Source of the DNA: Phyllobates terribilis
Lineage: Eukaryota
Direction of reading: 5' to 3'
DNA length: 64,000 nt
Assembly (NCBI RefSeq): GCF_046119375.1
Contig: NW_027362763.1
Coordinates: forward strand, 183,272,001 to 183,336,000
Below are positions 1-12,155 of the stretch, piece after piece. Below the pieces are notes generated by a model. That model saw only the letters and a program-made list of their open reading frames with translations, searched no databases and was not told where the DNA came from. The first letter of the stretch is position 1; every line of letters begins with the position of its first letter. Both the position numbers and the translations under genes were made by a program.

Positions 1-1249
1 GCATTGCCGTCCACTGATGACCCTGAACAGAAGAAACCCGTCGGGGGGCAGGCAGGATGATTGTAGGGTATTGTGTGCACAGAGTTAGCTGTGGACTGCC
101 CTTGTCAGGACAGAAGTCTTTGGCTGACCAGATTCTGTAGGACTCAATAGGGCAATTTACAACCCAAGCTCTGCTCGTAAAGATGGCCAGGTCTCTGCAG
201 TATTGATCGATGTACAAAGACCCCCTCCTTTGGATTTGACAGATGGGTGAGATGGTTCCACTTTCTTTATACTGTTTCCCATAAAACTCATTAATGCTGT
301 TATAGACGGTAATGTTTTACATACCTATTAAGAGGGTCTTTCATGTTTACGGACGTTCTATGGTTGGCGGACCACTGCGAGTTTATGTTTAGTCTCTCGC
401 TGATATAAGTGACAGTATCTGTCATGTGTATATCCATCACTGTGGATTGGACACCTTCGTCTTTTTGCCTGTTGCATACGGGTACATTTGTGTGATTTTA
501 TATTTTTTTTAAATAATTAATTAAAAGTTATATAATGGGAGTAATGGGAATCTGCGTTCAGCACTGCGGAACTTATCTGCACTACAGTATATACAGTATA
601 TACAGCAATAGACAAAATGAAGGGAATCATCTAGTAAAACATTTTAGTTAGAATTAAGGTGGCCATAAAGTTTCAATTGCTCTTAGCCAAATACTTCTTT
701 GAGACGTGAACAAAGAAATAGGAAAATATGGCTTAATAGGGCAAACATACGTTCACATTAATAGGAGGCCGTTTTTTGGGAGGTGATTCTGCTCACCTGC
801 TGGTGCTGGGTTAAGGATACAACATCTATACTCGTTTGGGAGATGAAACCTGGGAGTTGCTGCAGTGTCCTTGTCTGGATCCAATGTGGGCCGTTGGTCA
901 GCAGGAGTTCGCTGTAAGGGATTTGTAGGATTCGGCGTGCTGCGCTGCTATGAATGAGTCCTAACCAGTATTAAATTCCTTTATGGTATTAAATAGTCTT
1001 GAATACGAGATAGTTCGATACGGAAATGCATTGACTTGTCTTTTATGAAATTAAGTAACTATTATTTAAAGGGAATCTGTCACCAAGTTTTTACTACCTC
1101 ATCTGAGAGCAGCATAATGTAGGGAAAGAGACCCTGATTCCAACAATGTATCACTTAGTTAACTGGGTGCAGCAGGTGTGACACAGAGATCTTAGATGTA
1201 ACATCAAGCAGAGCTCTGAAAGCTTCCCCCATCCACACCAGGCTCTCCA

Positions 1250-3888
1250 CAGTGGCATGTAAAAGTTTGGGCACCCCTGGTCAAAATTACTGTTGTTGTA
1301 AACAGTTAAGCAAGTTGAAGATGAAATGATCTCTAAAAGGCCTAAAGTTGAAGATGACACATATATTTTGTATTTTAGGCAAAAAAAATATATATACAGT
1401 ATAATACAGTGCTCAAAAAAATAAAGGGAACACACAAATAACACATCCTAGATCTGGATGAATGAAATATTCTCATTGAATACTTTGTTCTGTACAAAGT
1501 TGAATGTGCTGACAACAAAATCACACAAAAATCAGCAATGGAAATCAAATTTATTAACCAATGGAGGCCTGGATTTGGAGTCACCCCCAAAATTAAAGTG
1601 GAAAAACACACTACAGGCTGATCCAACTTTGATGTAATGTCCTTAAAACAAGTCAAAATGAGGCTCAGTATTGTGTGTGGCCTCCACGTGCCTGTATGAC
1701 CTCCCTACAACGCCTGGGCATGCTCCTGATGAGGTTGTGGATGGTCTCCTGTGGGATCTACTCCCAGACCTGGACTAAAGCTTCCGCCAACTCCTGGACA
1801 GTCTGTGGTGCGACGTGACATTGGTGGATTGAGCCAGACATGATGTCCCAGATGTGGTCAATCGGATTCAGGTCTGGGGAACGGGCGGGCCAGTCCATAG
1901 CTTCAATGCCTTCATCTTGTAGGAACTGCTGACACACTCCAGCCACATGAGGTCTGGCATTGTCCTGCATTAGGAGGAACCCAGGACCAACCGCACCAGC
2001 ATATGGTCTCACAAGGGGTCTGAGGATCTCATCTCGGTACTTAATGGCAGTCAGGCTACCTCTGGCGAGCACATGGAGGGATGTGCGGCCCTCCAAAGAA
2101 ATGCCACCCCACACCATTACTGACTCACTGCCAAACCGGTCATGCTGAAGGATGTTGCAGGCAGCAGATCGCTCTTCACGGCGTCTACAGACTATGTCAC
2201 GTCTGTCATATGTGCTCAATGTGAACTTGCTTTCATCTGTGAAGAGCACAGGGCGCCAGTGGCGACTTTGCCAATCCTGGTGTTCTGTGGCAAATGCCAA
2301 GCGTCCTGCACGGTATTGGGCTGTGAGCACAACCCCCATCTGTGAACATCGGGCCCTCATACCACCCTCATGGAGTCGGTTTCTAACCGTTTGTGCAGAC
2401 ACATGCACATTTGTGGCCTGCTGGAGGTCATTTTGCAGGGCTCTGGCAGTGCTCCTCCTGTCCCCCTTGCACAAAGGCGGAGGTAGCGGTCCTGCTGCTG
2501 AGTTGTTGCCCTCCTACGGCCCCCTCCATGTCTCCTGGTGTACTGGCCTGTCTCCAGGTAGTGCCTCCAGACTCTGGACACTACGCTGACAGACACAGCA
2601 AACCTTCTTGCCACAGCTCGCATGGATGTGCCATCCTGGATGAGCTGCACTACCTGAGTAACTTCTGTGGGTTGTAGAGTCCGTCTCATGCTACCACGAG
2701 TGTGAAAGCCCACCAACATTCAAAAGTGACCAAAACATCAGCCAGAAAGCATTGGTACTGAGATGTGGTCTGTGGTCCCCACCTGCAGAACCACTCCTTT
2801 ATTGAGGGTGTCTTGATAATTGCCAATAATTTCCATCTATTGTCTATTCCATTTGCACAACAGCATGTGAAATTGATTGTCATTCAGTGTTGCTTCCTAA
2901 GTGGACAGTTTGATATCACAGAAGTTTGATCCACTTGGAGTTATATTCTGTTGTTTAACTGTTCCCTTTATTTTTTTGAGCAGTATATATATATAGTCAT
3001 TTTTTTCATTTTAAAAATTAAAAAAAGGAAAATGGGCCTATGCAAAAGTTTGGGCACCCTTGGAGATTTGTGTGCTCAGATAACTTTGACCAAGGTTTCA
3101 GATCTTAATTAGCCTGTTAGGGTTATGTCTTGTTCACTATCATCGTTAGGAAAGGCCATGTGATACAAATTTCTCAGCTTTATAAAAACTCAGCCTCCTC
3201 AAGCTTGTGCCAAAAAACAGCAGCCATAGGTTCTTCTAAGCAGTTGCCTAGCACTCTGAAAATGAAAATGGCAGAGGCCGAAAAAGCAGGAGAAGGCTAT
3301 AAGAAGATGGCAAAGTGTTTTCAAGTTGCCCTTTCCTCAATTCAAAATGTAATTAAGAAATGGCAGTTACCAGGAACAGTGGAGGTCAAGGTAAGATCTG
3401 GAAGACAAAGCAAAATTTCAGTGAGAGCTGCTTGTAGGATAGCTAGAGAGGCAAATCAGAACCCCCGCCTGACTGCAAAAGACCTTCAGAAAGATTTAGC
3501 AGATTCTGGAGTTGTGGTACATTGTTCTACTGTTCAGAGACACCTCGGACAAATATGGCCATCATGGAAAAGTCATCAGAAAAAAAACTCTCCTGCGTCC
3601 TCACCATAAAATTCAGTGGCAGAAGTACATCTAAACAAGCCTGATGCATTTTGGAAACAAGTCCTGTGGACCGATGAGGTAAAAATAGAACTCTTTAGCC
3701 AAAATGATCAAAGGTATGTGTGGAGAAAAAAGGGCACAGAATTTCAGGAAAATAACATCTCACCAACCATTAAGCATGGGGGTGGATCAATCCTGCTTTG
3801 GGGTTGTGTTGCAGCCAATGGCACGAGGAACATTTCTCAAGTAGAGAGAAGAATAGATTCAATGAAATTTCAACAAATTCTTGATGCA
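1250..3888 (+). mobile_element. 3'-truncated Tc1-like element (IR-DR type), degenerate transposase ~3227-3888
   Basis: Left end CAGTGGCATGTAAAAGTTTGGGCACCC, with the same direct repeat again at ~3045. Translated fragments: GEGYKKMAKCF..RSGRQSKIS, WTDEVKIELF, KHGGGSILLWGC. Frameshifted; the catalytic C-terminus and right TIR are missing. Confidence 0.85.
1407..2985 (-). mobile_element. Full-length Tc1-like element with frameshifted DD34E-type transposase, inserted in the element above
   Basis: TIRs TA|CAGTGCTCAAAAAAATAAAGGGAAC and GTTCCCTTTATTTTTTTGAGCAGTA|TA. ORFs 2357-2719 (HTH) and 1758-2474 (FTDESKF, MQDNARPH, SPDLNPIDHIW). Confidence 0.92.
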
Positions 3889-5327
3889 AGAATTGGACTA
3901 GCAAGCACATGAGTCCTAGCCCTAGCAGTGATAATGTCCTAGTGATAAAACCTTAATTGTAAGTAAACAACAGCACATAGCCTAATAAGTGACACATTGC
4001 GGAAATCAGTGTCTTAGCCCCTATCTCCTGTTGTCTTCAAATTACATAGCAAAATCCTGCTGACAGATTCCCTTTAATTATGGTTAACGCTGATTTATAC
4101 CTCTACACGCAGGAGCGGCACAGCATGCTGAACCCTACCAATCTCTTACAACTGGTTGAGGGGACGAGGGGAGTAAGCTACTGCCATACAGCTCTGCTGG
4201 CAGCCTATCTACCTTGGGAACGTAGTATAGGGCATTTTGAAATACAACAAGTCCTATTCTTTTTCCTCTGACATCCGTAAACGAATGTCAGACAAGATTC
4301 AAAAACAAATTTGATGGTCAGCTGGTCCCACCGAAATTACCAGGTTCAACCAACTTTAGCTTAGTGTGAATGGCCACCTATAGAGAGCATAGAGCTCAGC
4401 ATTTCATCTGTCCCAATGATCTATTATTTGTGTAGGTCCTCACTATATGATCTTACACCTCGAGGATGCTTTATGTTTCTTTATTCTTCAATTAAACCAT
4501 TCCTGCTTTCAATGTTAAAGCAATGGACTAACAAAGAATAGATTGTCTGGCTGGAGATGGTGATACTGACTCCTTTATGGGCTTGCAACATCTAGAATAA
4601 GATGAAGCCTCCTGGCCAGGAAGGATTTAGTCAGTGCTCAATGCGGTATTGGTCAGCAGATTACTTTGTGGATATTGACTAGAACGCTCCATAGAGGGTC
4701 AGAAATGACTGCGCAATTGCAAAGCTCGGCTTCTGTACAGCTCCTTACTCTGCAGTGGTGTTAGCAGCATCCTTAGAGTTAACCTGCAATGAGCTCGCTC
4801 AACTCCCAAAGTAATAATAATGCCATTAATATTACATGAAAGCTGTGGTATAACCTTTGGGGACAGAAGAAGAAACGATGGCTCCGGTGTTATGTACGAT
4901 GGCAAATTTGTAAATTCATTTCCCTGCTAATAGTACAAAGCTGTGAAACAAGGTCAGAAGGGGCTTCCAGAGAGATAATAAATGTGTTTCATTGTGGAAC
5001 AGGAGCCGTACTCCGCAGATCTGCAGGGTCACAAGCTTTTCTTTTTTTCCTAAAAATTGTCAAAAATAAAATTTGAAGCAAAGCTGAAATTGGCCTGTGA
5101 GGCTGATATAAACTATCGGAGAAAAATGCACAAAGCACAGACCTCGTACACTACATTATACTACCCCGCTACCAGCATACGGCACAAGCCATAACTAAGC
5201 TATACAGAAGTCGGATGTTGCATCCTTATATACAGTGCGCAATTAAGACAACCAAAGAAGTACAGAAACAAAACCAGCAGCTGCTGCACCATAAGGCTGA
5301 AACAATCACCCCAAGAAGGCTTATAAC

Positions 5328-5601
5328 TAGGCATGAGAGGACCCATGGAAGTTTGGGTTCTGATATCCGACCTGAACTTTATTCCAAAGTTCAGTTCGGG
5401 AACCAGAACTTGAATCAGAACCTGAATTAGGACTTTTGACCCGGAAAATATTCTCTCGCTCTTTATCTCTTCTCAGTCTCCCTTCGGAACTCTGAACATT
5501 GCAACAGACCTCCGGGAGAAGTCCATGTTCGTCGTTTGCTACCGGACAGTAACTGTACGGTATGAACGCAGAACTTTTAAGCTCGGGTTCGCACCTCTTT
5601 A
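5328..5601. mobile_element. hAT-type MITE (TAGxGATG ends)
   Basis: Decayed terminal inverted repeats; 8-bp TSD cttataac/cttatagc. Related to the copy at 42543-42781. Confidence 0.7.
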
Positions 5602-6493
5602 CTTATAGCTAAAAATGAGCAAGTTGAGTTTTGCCATTTGCAAATCACTTCATGATTCATCAGCAATTAAAATGCTCTGGAGAAGATGCAAATTTGAAAT
5701 ATTCCGCATCTTCAATTTATGAATTTAAGTATATGTCCATCATCCTCAACACCATTTTTTTCCACCTAAAATGATTTAAAATAGCGAAAAACATTGGAGC
5801 TAAAAACAGCACAGTGAGTAGATTTACTAATATGTAGGGACATTTTGGCAAATAATGCTATATCAAGCTTTATACCTATTTATAATGTGTTTTAGACAGT
5901 TGTAGCGCCTCATTTGACATAGGGGTGTGGCTTAGAGGAAAAGAATTATGTCTTAGAGGAAAAAGTTCATGGCTTAAAATGGAACAAAATGCACCAACGT
6001 GGAGTAATTTAATCCAACCAAGACATGGTGTAAAGATAGACAAAAGTGTCTAAAGATGCACCAAAACTATCATCCATGATACATTTTACACTATTTACTC
6101 TACATAATAGACAAGATTAGTAAATGTGTTCCGGTGACATTGAGTATGAGGGAACATAAGAGTTATTAGAGGTTTATTCATAAAAGTGTTTTTGCATGAA
6201 CACTGGCATAAAACGTCGTAAAATTTTTGCACAAATTTTTTGCAACTTTTGGCATTTTCACTCCAGGTTCAAACGGCTTTGCCAAAATGCGAGGAGATGG
6301 GGAGAAGCCGGAGTATTTCACCAATTCATTGAAACTTGTGAAATACATTATTAATAGACAGAAACCTGGGAAGCAAATAAAACACAATAGGGTCTCATCT
6401 AGTGATGAGCAATGGTAAATGCAACAAAACACTTTCTCACCTGGGGCAGTTGTGTACAAGAGCTGCTGCAGATCCAGTGCTAAAACCAGAAAT

Positions 6494-6655
6494 ACCAAGG
6501 GTCAGATAATGTGGTTCCGCTGTCTCGCTGGTGAAAATCCACAGGAATGATCCAGGAAACTCAATAAATGATATACGGTAATTTACTGAGTCTCCTGGAT
6601 CATTCTTGTCAGTTTTCACCAGCAGCGCAGAGGAACCACATTATCTGACCCTTGG
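6494..6655. repeat. Palindromic (fold-back) MITE core
   Basis: ccaagggtcagataatgtggttc...tgatccaggaaactca pairs with tgagtctcctggatca...gaaccacattatctgacccttgg. Confidence 0.7.
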
Positions 6656-6793
6656 CATTACCCCAGAAAAGTTATTCCAGTCCTAGACTAGAGTAACATT
6701 TGTGGCGAGGCACACACACTGATAAGATAATGGTGCGCATCTGGTAATAAATACGCTGAATCTTATTCTTGCATGCCCCTTATTAACACGTAG

Positions 6794-7360
6794 AGGGGTT
6801 TTCTCATGTACAATGTTAATTTTAAAGTTGATTTTAATCAATAGATCTTGGAATAATAACAATTTCCATAATTGGATGTGTTCAAAAATAATGTTCTTGT
6901 GATGAGATAATCTTATAAATGTGCCCCTGCTGTGTACTGTGTAATGGCTGTGTCTGACCGTGCAGGAACATGGTCTGATCATACCACATCTCCTGGACAG
7001 GGGAGGAAGCAAATGAGTATACAGACAGGACAGCAGGGGATCACAGCTGATTCTTTTTGTGAAATAAAGCATTTCCCTGCCTATTTTTTAAAAAATGTTT
7101 TAGTTCAAAGAAAGAATCAGCCGTGATCCCCTGCTGTCCTGTCTGTATACTCTCTTCCTTCCTCCCCTGCTCAGGAGCTGTGGTATGATCAGACCATGTT
7201 CCTGTACGGTCAGACACAGCCATTACACAGTACACAGCAGGGGCACATTTATAAGATTATCTCAGCACAGGAACATTTATTAAAACACATCCAATTGTGG
7301 AAATTATTATTATTCCAAGATGCATTGGTTAAAATCAACTTTGTTCGTGGGACAAGCCCT
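6794..7360. mobile_element. Palindromic T2-type MITE
   Basis: Near-full-length inverted repeat starting AGGGGTTTTCTCATG; same family as 45892-46450. Confidence 0.8.
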
Positions 7361-7716
7361 GTAATGAATTGGGGAAATGAACCTATAGCCAGAAATTTGA
7401 GCAACAAGGTCCCCTATGTAGGGTTATCGGATCCTCTCATGCACCAGGCCCTAGTGCCATTGTGACTTCGGCATCCCTTGTACCAAGACTCTTCTACTGG
7501 CGGACAAGAGGTCACGGAATTGAAAAGACACTTAATTGTGAAAATGTCCACTTGGAACTGTACACAACATTGTATATATCAATGTTATTCTATTTTTTAA
7601 AGTAGCCTTCTGCTTTATTAGCAGTTGACCACAAAAAATTATCTAGGTGGAAAAGTGGAATGAGAATGAAATGAAGGAAAAGGAGGTTTGTGGTTTTGAA
7701 CATTCATAATACTTAC

Positions 7717-7872
7717 TGGTGCACGTCGCCTCGGCTGGATCAGTATCTGCCCTATAATATCCATTGCGGCACACACAGATCGGGGAGGCCTCGGCGGTAG
7801 AACGACTGTTGGCAGGACAGGGTGCACAGATTCCTAGGCCTTGATTAGCTTTAAACATGGCAGCAGGACAGG
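7717..7872 (-). CDS. ephb1: Internal exon (exon 4 equivalent) of ephrin type-B receptor 1, Cys-rich/EGF-like region
   Basis: Minus strand reads (A)CPAAMFKANQGLGICAPCPANSRSTAEASPICVCRNGYYRADTDPAEATCT(S), matching the EphB1 motif CPxNSRSxxEASPICxCRxGYYRAD. Acceptor is ttctctcttttctccAG (intron ends 7873) and donor is GTAAGT (7716-7711). Length is 156 nt, phase 1/1. Paralog assignment is from recalled sequence. Confidence 0.92.
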
Positions 7873-8290
7873 CTGGAGAAAAGAGAGAAGATAAATCAGG
7901 ATATTATTTCATGCTACTTGGGGTTTATAGCACAACATACAAGAAATCGGAAGCACATGGCTGGAGGCATGGGATACTTTCCAAGTGTCACCGTGTCTAG
8001 ATGACAACCTGAAGGTCACTGAAAGTCAGACAGTTATGGCTGACGCAGATAATCAGTCGGTCAGACTCCTGTCTCCATTCAATGTCAGATTTGGAATCGA
8101 GGCAGGTGAATCTGACAGACTGAGTCAGGGATATGTTTGCTTGTGTTTCAATTGATTTCCAATCTACTGTCTGTGTCAACACTTCAATATGAACTGCGAC
8201 TTAATACTACTTAGTAAATATGTCTTCTAATGCATAAAGCAGCCGTGTGTTGTAATCCTTACCCTGCTCATTGGCATCTATCTACCATCT

Positions 8291-9157
8291 GGCTATGTGT
8301 CCACGATACAGAAATGCTGCGGATTTTTTCCGCATCTCCCTGGCAGGAAAAACGCATGCAGATTTTACATGCGTTTTTCCCGCCAGGTAGAAGCGTTTGT
8401 CAAGCGTTTTTGCATGCATTTCTGCATGAGGGTTATCAAGCGCTTTCCAAGCGATTTTAGCATCACTTGGAAAGTGCTTGACAACTTGGTCACACTGTAT
8501 AAATCCATGCAACCGGCATGGATTTATATAGTGTGACCAAGTAATAGTTAAAAAAAAAGAAAAAGAATGGAAAAAAATAAAAAATAAAGATTACACTCAC
8601 CTTCTGATGCCCCCCGGTCTTTTCTCCGCTGCGTCTGGTCTCTTGTACAGCTCGCGGTGGTGTGAAAGGACCTGCCATGACGTAATTTAGTCATGTGACA
8701 GGTCACGCTACCGCCGAAATCAGCGGTCGCATGACCTGTCACATGACTAAATGACGTCACCATCGCAAGCCATACGAGAGACCGGACGCAGCGGAGAAAA
8801 CACCGGGGGCCATCGGAAGGTGAGTATAACCTTTATTTTTTATTTTAAATTCTTTTTTTTAACAGTTTCTATGGTACCTAGGTCTGGAGGAGAGTCTCCT
8901 CTTCTCCAGACCCGGGTACCATCCGCACATTGAACCGCATGATATCCGCATGTGCACATGTAGTCATGCGGATATTATGCGATTCAATGCAAGTCAATGG
9001 CGCCAATTACGCTGCGTGTCCGCAAAAATAATGGACATGCTGCGGATCCGCACATGCGGATTATCATTGGGGACCATGGGGCACGTATTACCAAGCGTTT
9101 TCGCTGCGGAAATTCCGCAACAAAAACGCTTGATAAGTGCATAGTGGGCACGCAGCC
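8291..9157. mobile_element. PIF/Harbinger-like MITE with internal palindromes
   Basis: Ends GGCTATGTGTCCAC and GTGGGCACGCAGCC; long internal inverted arms at ~8580-8650 and ~8770-8840. Confidence 0.65.
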
Positions 9158-9274
9158 TCTATGTCCATTCTAATAAGTTGCAATAAGTGAAAGAAAATTA
9201 ATTTTTTCTTGTAAAATAGTATAGACTTAGTGGTTGTATATACTAATAGTAGTGGTCAGAGCTTGTATTAGGAG

Positions 9275-9562
9275 TAGTGATGAGCGAGCGAGCGTGCTCG
9301 GTTAAGGGGGTAATTACCGAGGATCTTCAGCCTGCTCGAAAACTATGTTCGAGTCGCTGAGGCTGCATATCTTTCGGCTGTTAGACAGCCTCAACACATG
9401 CAGGGATAGCCTGTTTGTTAGGCAATCCCTGCATGTGTCACAACTGTCTAACAGCCGCAAGGCATGCAGCTGTGGCGACTCGAACATAGTTTTCGAAGAT
9501 CCTCTGTAAGCGCCAAAGCGTGCTCGGTTAAACCCTTAACCGTGCACGCTCACTCACCACTA
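9275..9562. mobile_element. hAT-type MITE
   Basis: TAGTGATGAGCG...CACTCACCACTA with a perfect 8-bp TSD ATTAGGAG; palindromic interior. Confidence 0.85.
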
Positions 9563-9844
9563 ATTAGGAGTCAAATCTACAGTGGTGCATGAAAGTTGGT
9601 GGACCCTTATGTACAATACCATACCATAAGTGCAATCTGTGCCTCGGAAGAAGGGCCCAAGGCCACTTCTATTTCCAAAGCAGGTGGAATTCTGAAATAT
9701 GATGAGCTGTTGAACTGCAAAGGGTCCATATAGTGTTCATGCAAAGGGACCCTCTTCTATCTGTGTTCACTCATGGGTGGATTCTTGAACATTAACTAAT
9801 GTGAAAAAAAGCCTTTAGTTGCTTAGAGGGTACCTTGAGTTCTT

Positions 9845-10210
9845 TTGAAACCTTTCAGACTATTATAGCCGACACCCGGCACCCCTGTCGATCAGCTGTT
9901 ATTGGCGTCGCTGCTGGCTGTAGGCACTTACTTGCGGATCTGGCCGTCTACTTGTAGTGGCCGCCGCAGGGTACTACACATCCGTCTCCTATTGATTTGA
10001 CTAGAAGGCGGATGTGCAGTACCAACCCTGGGTCACTACAAGTAGTCGGCCAGCTCCGCAAGTGAGCACTTCCGGACGGCGGCCGCCGCAACCGACACCG
10101 ATGACAGCCGATCGGAAGCGGTGCCGGGTGTCGGACCCCGGCTGATCAGATATTGATGACCTATCCTAAGGATAAGCCATCAATGTAAAATTAGTGGACA
10201 ACCTCTTTAA
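9845..10210. mobile_element. T2-type MITE remnant
   Basis: Palindromic interior and right end GTGGACAACCTCT|TTAA. Confidence 0.55.
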
Positions 10211-10424
10211 ATAATGTGTCAGAGCACACTGCAAAATAGTGAACCTATTAACAATAAAATGGCGCTTTAAAAAAAATGAAGATATGGCCTCATTCAGACA
10301 TCTAGTTCTAATGTATATATTCTATTCCTGTTGTTCACATATAGAAAACATATCCATAGTAGTCTATGGGGTTGTTGACATGTCTATGATTTTTTTCAGA
10401 GCAATTAGTTTATAGCTATAAGGT

Positions 10425-10875
10425 TGACGGTAGACTTAAGCCAGTTGAGTTCAACTTATAGCCTAACATGATGATCCAGAGGAAGGCAAAAACCCTACGG
10501 GGCAGACATTACTAGCTCCATATTGGGGGAAAAATTCAGTCCCCGACTACACATACAACAATCAGACTAGTTCCCTGGATCAACGTCCCATCACAGAATC
10601 TAGTGTCCATAACCAGTAATATTATATTTTACATGAAAGGCATCCAGGCACTACTTGTACTTTTGTAGTGAATCAACCATTACAACATCATGCGGCAGAG
10701 AGTTCCATAGTCTCACTGCTCTTACTGTAAAGAATCCGCGTCTGTGATTATGATTAAACCTCCTCTCCTCTAGACGTAGAGGATACCTCCATATCCCTAT
10801 CGCAGGCCAAAGTGTAAAAAGCCCATTAGAAAGATCTCCGTACTGTCCGCTCATATATTTGTACATTGTAATAAA
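10425..10875 (-). mobile_element. CR1 LINE 3' fragment
   Basis: Translates as YKYMSGQY...LRLEERRF..HRRGFFTVRAVRLWNSLP, the typical CR1 ORF2 C-terminus, followed by 3' UTR. Confidence 0.88.
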
Positions 10876-12155
10876 ATCTAATTACATTGCAATTATCCAC
10901 AAAAAAAAAAAAAATCAGTATGTCATCCAAGTGTTGTCCAGTTTGCTTCTTTAATGGTCTAGGATAGTCTTGAATAATAAAATACGAATTCTGCAATGAT
11001 GGCAATAATGGACACAGACCAAAAATGGAAGAAAATCAGATCCATCACCTAAAAAAAAAAGAGGCTAGATGAGGACTAAATTACTATTTCATGACGTCAA
11101 AATCAGTTGCAAACGCATATTGATAATTTCTTCTGCCAAGCTATTGTCATCATATTCATATTCTCTAATAATCTTTTTGCTTTTAACCCTGAGAGAAATG
11201 CAAAAAGGAAAAAAAAAGGCTAAAAGCAGTCGCGGCTCCTGACACTGCAATCAATTTCTTCTCATCATCAACTAATATCCAGAAAGCAGCGGAGAGTGAC
11301 AGGTTAAAGGGCTTCAATAAAGATTAGCCAGACCATATCTTCAAAAGGAAATTGCTTGAAAAAGTGGTTATTCCACCCGCTCCTATTAATTTCCTTTCTC
11401 CTGGTTACCTGAAGGAGACTCATATCCTGACATGGAGGAGATGGGGAATGCGGCCTGTTCCCTTATCCCAATCAGAAGCACAGAAGCACTCGACACTTAA
11501 CCCCATCAAGGCACCCATAGCTCACAGCTCTGCAATCAGCGAGCTCCCTATGCAAGGACACAAGGTGATCACTCTTACTGCGACTACATTTGCTGGAAAT
11601 GCATTAAAGCAGAAATTCGCAGTCATCTATCTTCTCGTACAACCTTCACCAAGATATTACTACACGGAAAAGTAATATAGTGGGATACACACTCAGGAGC
11701 GCAGTCTTCAATGCAGACACGAAGAGCGAACAGTGGCAGCGTAGACCTGCCCTTGTGGTGCTGCAAGTATTCGAGCTTCTGTGGTAGTGCCCTGTTATGG
11801 GGACCCCACCTACTATTTATAATAATGGGGTCTCCTTGTGTGCCCTGTCTATGAGCGTGTTCATATGTTTTGTTTTTTTGCAGACCGTCTGTTTTTATCT
11901 GTTTTGGTTCAATTTGCATATCAAGCTCGCCCATTTAAAGGTAATCTGACGGCAACTTTTTTTCCATGTAATCTGAGAGCAGCATGATGTAAGGGAAGAG
12001 AGCCTGATTTCAAGGATGTGTCACTTACTGGGCTGCTTGATGTAGTTATGATACAATCCCTGCTTTCTCTGCTGTAGATGTAATAGTGCTCTGAATGCTG
12101 AGCTCTGTATAACCACGCCCACATCCCTGATTGGCAGCTTCCTGTGTACACTGTA

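Larger units (their letters stand above)
1070..4073. mobile_element. T2/Kolobok-type MITE split by nested Tc1 insertions
   Basis: TTAA|AGGGAATCTGTCA at 1066-1082 and TGACAGATTCCCT|TTAA at 4061-4077. The halves 1070-1249 and ~3890-4073 are colinear with the uninterrupted copy at ~59615-60028. Confidence 0.85.

Noticed and set aside
1845-1965. Apparent DD34D triad in the Tc1 at 1407-2985
   Set aside because: The SPDLNPI-x-HIW context is Tc1-type. D for E is a single base change in a frameshifted copy, not a mariner.
653-4380. TAAGGTGGCCAT (~655) and ATGGCCACCTA (~4370) as ends of a fourth outer element
   Set aside because: The match is short, and the intervening sequence does not clearly rejoin into one MITE. 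It may be two unrelated remnants.
6683-7465. ORFs repeated at 6.7-7.5 kb and 46.0-46.5 kb
   Set aside because: They are chance frames in a palindromic non-coding MITE.
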